Source of the DNA: Octopus bimaculoides
Lineage: Eukaryota
Reading direction: 5' to 3'
DNA length: 55,770 nucleotides
Assembly: GCF_001194135.2 (NCBI RefSeq)
Contig: NC_068995.1
Span: 17,196,351 to 17,252,120 of the forward strand
A program made the position numbers and the translations under genes. Position 1 is the stretch's first letter, and each line of letters begins with the position of its first letter. The notes under the pieces were generated by a model. The model ran no database searches. It was not told the DNA's origin and saw nothing but the letters and a program-made list of their open reading frames with translations. Of the stretch, positions 51,723-55,770 are shown piece by piece.

Positions 51723-52367
51723 TTAAAGCTTATTACATATGAGCACTTAAAGCAAACTTTAATCGCATTCACTATCTCTAAATCCACTCTCTCCCATTCT
51801 CTTTCTTCTTATTTGTCGTTTAGAATTTCGCAAGATTCTCTTTCTTCCATTGCTTGCATTTTTGCTTCATACTTTCACGGACATAGCTCAACTTTGAAAT
51901 TTTTTTGCCGATCCATTTTCTTTTTCTTTATTTAGTTATTCTCGCCTTCTATGTTGTCTACCATCCCATTTTCATTATTTCTCCTGATAATGACTCACAG
52001 CAAGCATTCACCTTGCGTCCATTTCATTCCAGTGTTGTCAGTGTATATTACGCTCATACATATGCATTAGCGTTGATTAGGTGACAGGCATTATGTGACG
52101 TCAGGAATCGACTTGTAGTGAGGCATTGCAGACGAAAGAAAATGAAAGGTGCTTTAGTACAATCAATAACTCTCTCACACATTTCCATTCGGCTCTTCCT
52201 CTAAAATTCTTTCAAATCTTTTTTATATATATTTTTTGGCCACAAATCTTGTGTACATTGTTTACTAATTTTCTTCTTTAGCGCTTAAATGTTCTAGCTC
52301 CTAATTTTCTCTATCACCTTCTATTCTTTCTCTATGCCTCACAGACTGTCAGGTTAGATTTTCTCTA

Positions 52368-52369
<2 letters not shown>

Positions 52370-52427
<58 letters not shown>

Positions 52428-52443
52428 ATTATTATTATTATTA
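52370..52443. repeat. (ATT)n microsatellite
   Basis: Directly visible. Confidence 0.95.
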
Positions 52444-53106
52444 TTTGGACTATTGTTAAAACGTTTATTATTATGATTTTCATTTTTATTACTATTATTA
52501 TTATCGTGTTACTTTTTATTCTATTTTACATTTTCCACTCAAAACAAACACTGTCTCTACAGATGATAGTTTCAATTATTCTCTGAAACTTTGCTCTTTT
52601 AGTTTCAGATCTGAGAATATTTCAATCCATCAGACGATGTACTAATGAGGAAACACATGAAGATTTCATAGAAAAAAACAGACAAAATAAAACGAATATT
52701 AACAGATTAAATATAAAACCGAAAGTGAAGAAAGAATACTGAGAGACGAGATGTAAAAGAAAAATGCTAAACGGATGTTATGAATGAAATATTTTTCTTC
52801 TGATTTAAAGGCTAAGCTCAATCTTGGCAAAGGAAAAACAACTAAATTTTTCAGATTCTAGATGAGACCTAGCTTCAAGCTGTTTGCTATTCCAACATAA
52901 AAACTCAATTGACCACCTAATATACATATACAAGTGTGTGAATAGAACGTGACCATGATAGGTATATGTGCTTGTACACGCGTATGAATGCGGATGTGTT
53001 CACACACATGAACAAACTCACGCACAGACATACACACACAATCACACATACAGATATATATTTATATATGTATATATGTGTATATACAGGGATATATACA
53101 TATGTG

Positions 53107-53140
<34 letters not shown>

Positions 53141-53809
53141 NNNNNNNNNNNNNNNNNNNNNNNNNNNNNNNNNNNNNNNNNNNNNNNNNNNNNNNNNNNN
53201 NNNNNNNNNNNNNNNNNNNNNNNNNNNNNNNNNNNNNNNNNNNNNNNNNNNNNNNNNNNNNNNNNNNNNNNNNNNNNNNNNNNNNNNNNNNNNNNNNNNN
53301 NNNNNNNNNNNNNNNNNNNNNNNNNNNNNNNNNNNNNNNNNNNNNNNNNNNNNNNNNNNNNNNNNNNNNNNNNNNNNNNNNNNNNNNNNNNNNNNNNNNN
53401 NNNNNNNNNNNNNNNNNNNNNNNNNNNNNNNNNNNNNNNNNNNNNNNNNNNNNNNNNNNNNNNNNNNNNNNNNNNNNNNNNNNNNNNNNNNNNNNNNNNN
53501 NNNNNNNNNNNNNNNNNNNNNNNNNNNNNNNNNNNNNNNNNNNNNNNNNNNNNNNNNNNNNNNNNNNNNNNNNNNNNNNNNNNNNNNNNNNNNNNNNNNN
53601 NNNNNNNNNNNNNNNNNNNNNNNNNNNNNNNNNNNNNNNNNNNNNNNNNNNNNNNNNNNNNNNNNNNNNNNNNNNNNNNNNNNNNNNNNNNNNNNNNNNN
53701 NNNNNNNNNNNNNNNNNNNNNNNNNNNNNNNNNNNNNNNNNNNNNNNNNNNNNNNNNNNNNNNNNNNNNNNNNNNNNNNNNNNNNNNNNNNNNNNNNNNN
53801 NNNNNNNNN

Positions 53810-53872
<63 letters not shown>

Positions 53873-54315
53873 TTGTATATATGTATTGTTATATATATAC
53901 ACACATATATATATAATATACAGACATACACACACATATATATATTTATATGTACAAGCTTATTGATATAGATCGTTACACAAGTACCTACATTAATGAT
54001 TATACATGCGTACAAACAGGTGTATATGCAAACACACTCATGTAGACAACCTAACATACCCATGTACTCACTTGCAAGACGCTAATAAGACAAAAGCTGG
54101 TACATATTAAGTAACAACTATTCGGAATCTATACGTGTCATATTTATGCCTCGGTAATTCACTCTAACTTTTGTGAGAAGAAAAATATCATAGTGACTAT
54201 TTTAATGATGTAGACCAGTGCAAGAACCTGTATACTAATAGATTTGAGTATGGAATTAATGCGGGTATCTCCCTGATTTATCCTGAGTATGTGAAAATCG
54301 ATACGAAGGGTAACA

Positions 54316-54378
<63 letters not shown>

Positions 54379-55047
54379 TCACACACACACACACGCACAC
54401 ACATACTCACACACAAGCACATACATACACACACATACACATGCACACACTCACATCCATATGTATATAAATATGTGTGCATATATATATACGGATATAC
54501 ACACGCGCACGTATACAAATATAAATACCTACGTATATGTATATATATATACATAAGTACATACACACACACACATACATATATATATNNNNNNNNNNNN
54601 NNNNNNNNNNNNNNNNNNNNNNNNNNNNNNNNNNNNNNNNNNNNNNNNNNNNNNNNNNNNNNNNNNNNNNNNNNNNNNNNNNNNNNNNNNNNNNNNNNNN
54701 NNNNNNNNNNNNNNNNNNNNNNNNNNNNNNNNNNNNNNNNNNNNNNNNNNNNNNNNNNNNNNNNNNNNNNNNNNNNNNNNNNNNNNNNNNNNNNNNNNNN
54801 NNNNNNNNNNNNNNNNNNNNNNNNNNNNNNNNNNNNNNNNNNNNNNNNNNNNNNNNNNNNNNNNNNNNNNNNNNNNNNNNNNNNNNNNNNNNNNNNNNNN
54901 NNNNNNNNNNNNNNNNNNNNNNNNNNNNNNNNNNNNNNNNNNNNNNNNNNNNNNNNNNNNNNNNNNNNNNNNNNNNNNNNNNNNNNNNNNNNNNNNNNNN
55001 NNNNNNNNNNNNNNNNNNNNNNNNNNNNNNNNNNNNNNNNNNNNNNN

Positions 55048-55077
<30 letters not shown>

Positions 55078-55079
<2 letters not shown>

Positions 55080-55315
55080 CGGAAGCACGCTGCAAAGTGA
55101 GCGCGCAGCAGGAGGGGTCTTCCTTTGAAGACCTCTCAACCGACAAGTGTTTCGGCCCTTATACCTAACACTTTATGGGGCCCGAACTTACCCAGGTCAG
55201 GATTTCCTAGATGGCCCCCTACTGCTTTCCAAAATCCTGTCTCTAACGGGATTTGAACCTTGATGGTTCTTTTGTTTCCAGCTCTGTGTTTCAGCTCACT
55301 AGACCACTGTGACCA
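55078..55315 (-). mobile_element. tRNA-headed SINE-like element (family E) with hairpin-rich GC body
   Basis: Minus head GGTCACAGTGGTCTAGTGAG..GGTTCAAATCCCG; body has several short hairpins and ends at a (TA)n tract. Confidence 0.5.
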
Positions 55316-55770
55316 ATGAAGGAACCAGTTCTCGTCTTATTCCTGCAAATAACCTGTGAAATCCGTGACTAGGACCATTGGTTATTTCTTTTCGTCTTTT
55401 CTACAGTGAGTTCTTTTCAGCAACATCAGGTTAGCGTTGGATTGCGGCAGTTCTTCTTTAAGTTGGAATAAGAAATATATTTTCAGTTTCTATATACTAT
55501 TATGAAAGAATAAATAAGGATATATTTTATTAACACATGAAATTCATTGAAACAAAAATTTAATCAACGATTCATTAATTCAAGTTTCTTCTAAATACGC
55601 TAATATATAGATAAAACAGATTATCAAAATTTGACTTAGTTTTACAGAAGAAAATAAATTATAGAAGGCTAATAGTTATATATTTCCATAATTTTAATGG
55701 GCATATACGTTCGAAATGACATAATATCATGACATATATACATACATATATACATATACATACATATATA

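Overview
A 55.8-kb, AT-rich, repeat-dense eukaryotic window with about 6 kb of N in 15 assembly gaps, most flanked by (TA)n tracts. The SINE families and microsatellite load point to a coleoid cephalopod, probably Octopus (inference from remembered repeat sequences; not searched). I could not identify any intact or recognisable host protein-coding gene. Almost all ORFs in the track are translations of microsatellites, N gaps or decayed transposons. The window holds several tRNA-derived SINE families, decayed LINEs (RTE, RTE-X, CR1/L2-like, Tx1/L1-like), a nearly full-length but broken Penelope-like element (RT + GIY-YIG), an internally deleted Helitron with an intact 3' terminus, a 65-bp-arm fold-back/MITE, a 272-bp near-identical direct repeat and a CpG-rich promoter-like patch with YY1 and E-box motifs. 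The most interesting signal is a set of minus-strand hammerhead-ribozyme motifs: a well-formed type I motif with a structured helix II insertion (41584-41693), a minimal motif inside a tRNA-headed SINE-like element (30084-30129), a decayed motif in the Penelope 3' region (33165-33195) and a possible remnant in a second tRNA-headed element (55137-55200). All assignments were made by eye and need computational confirmation.
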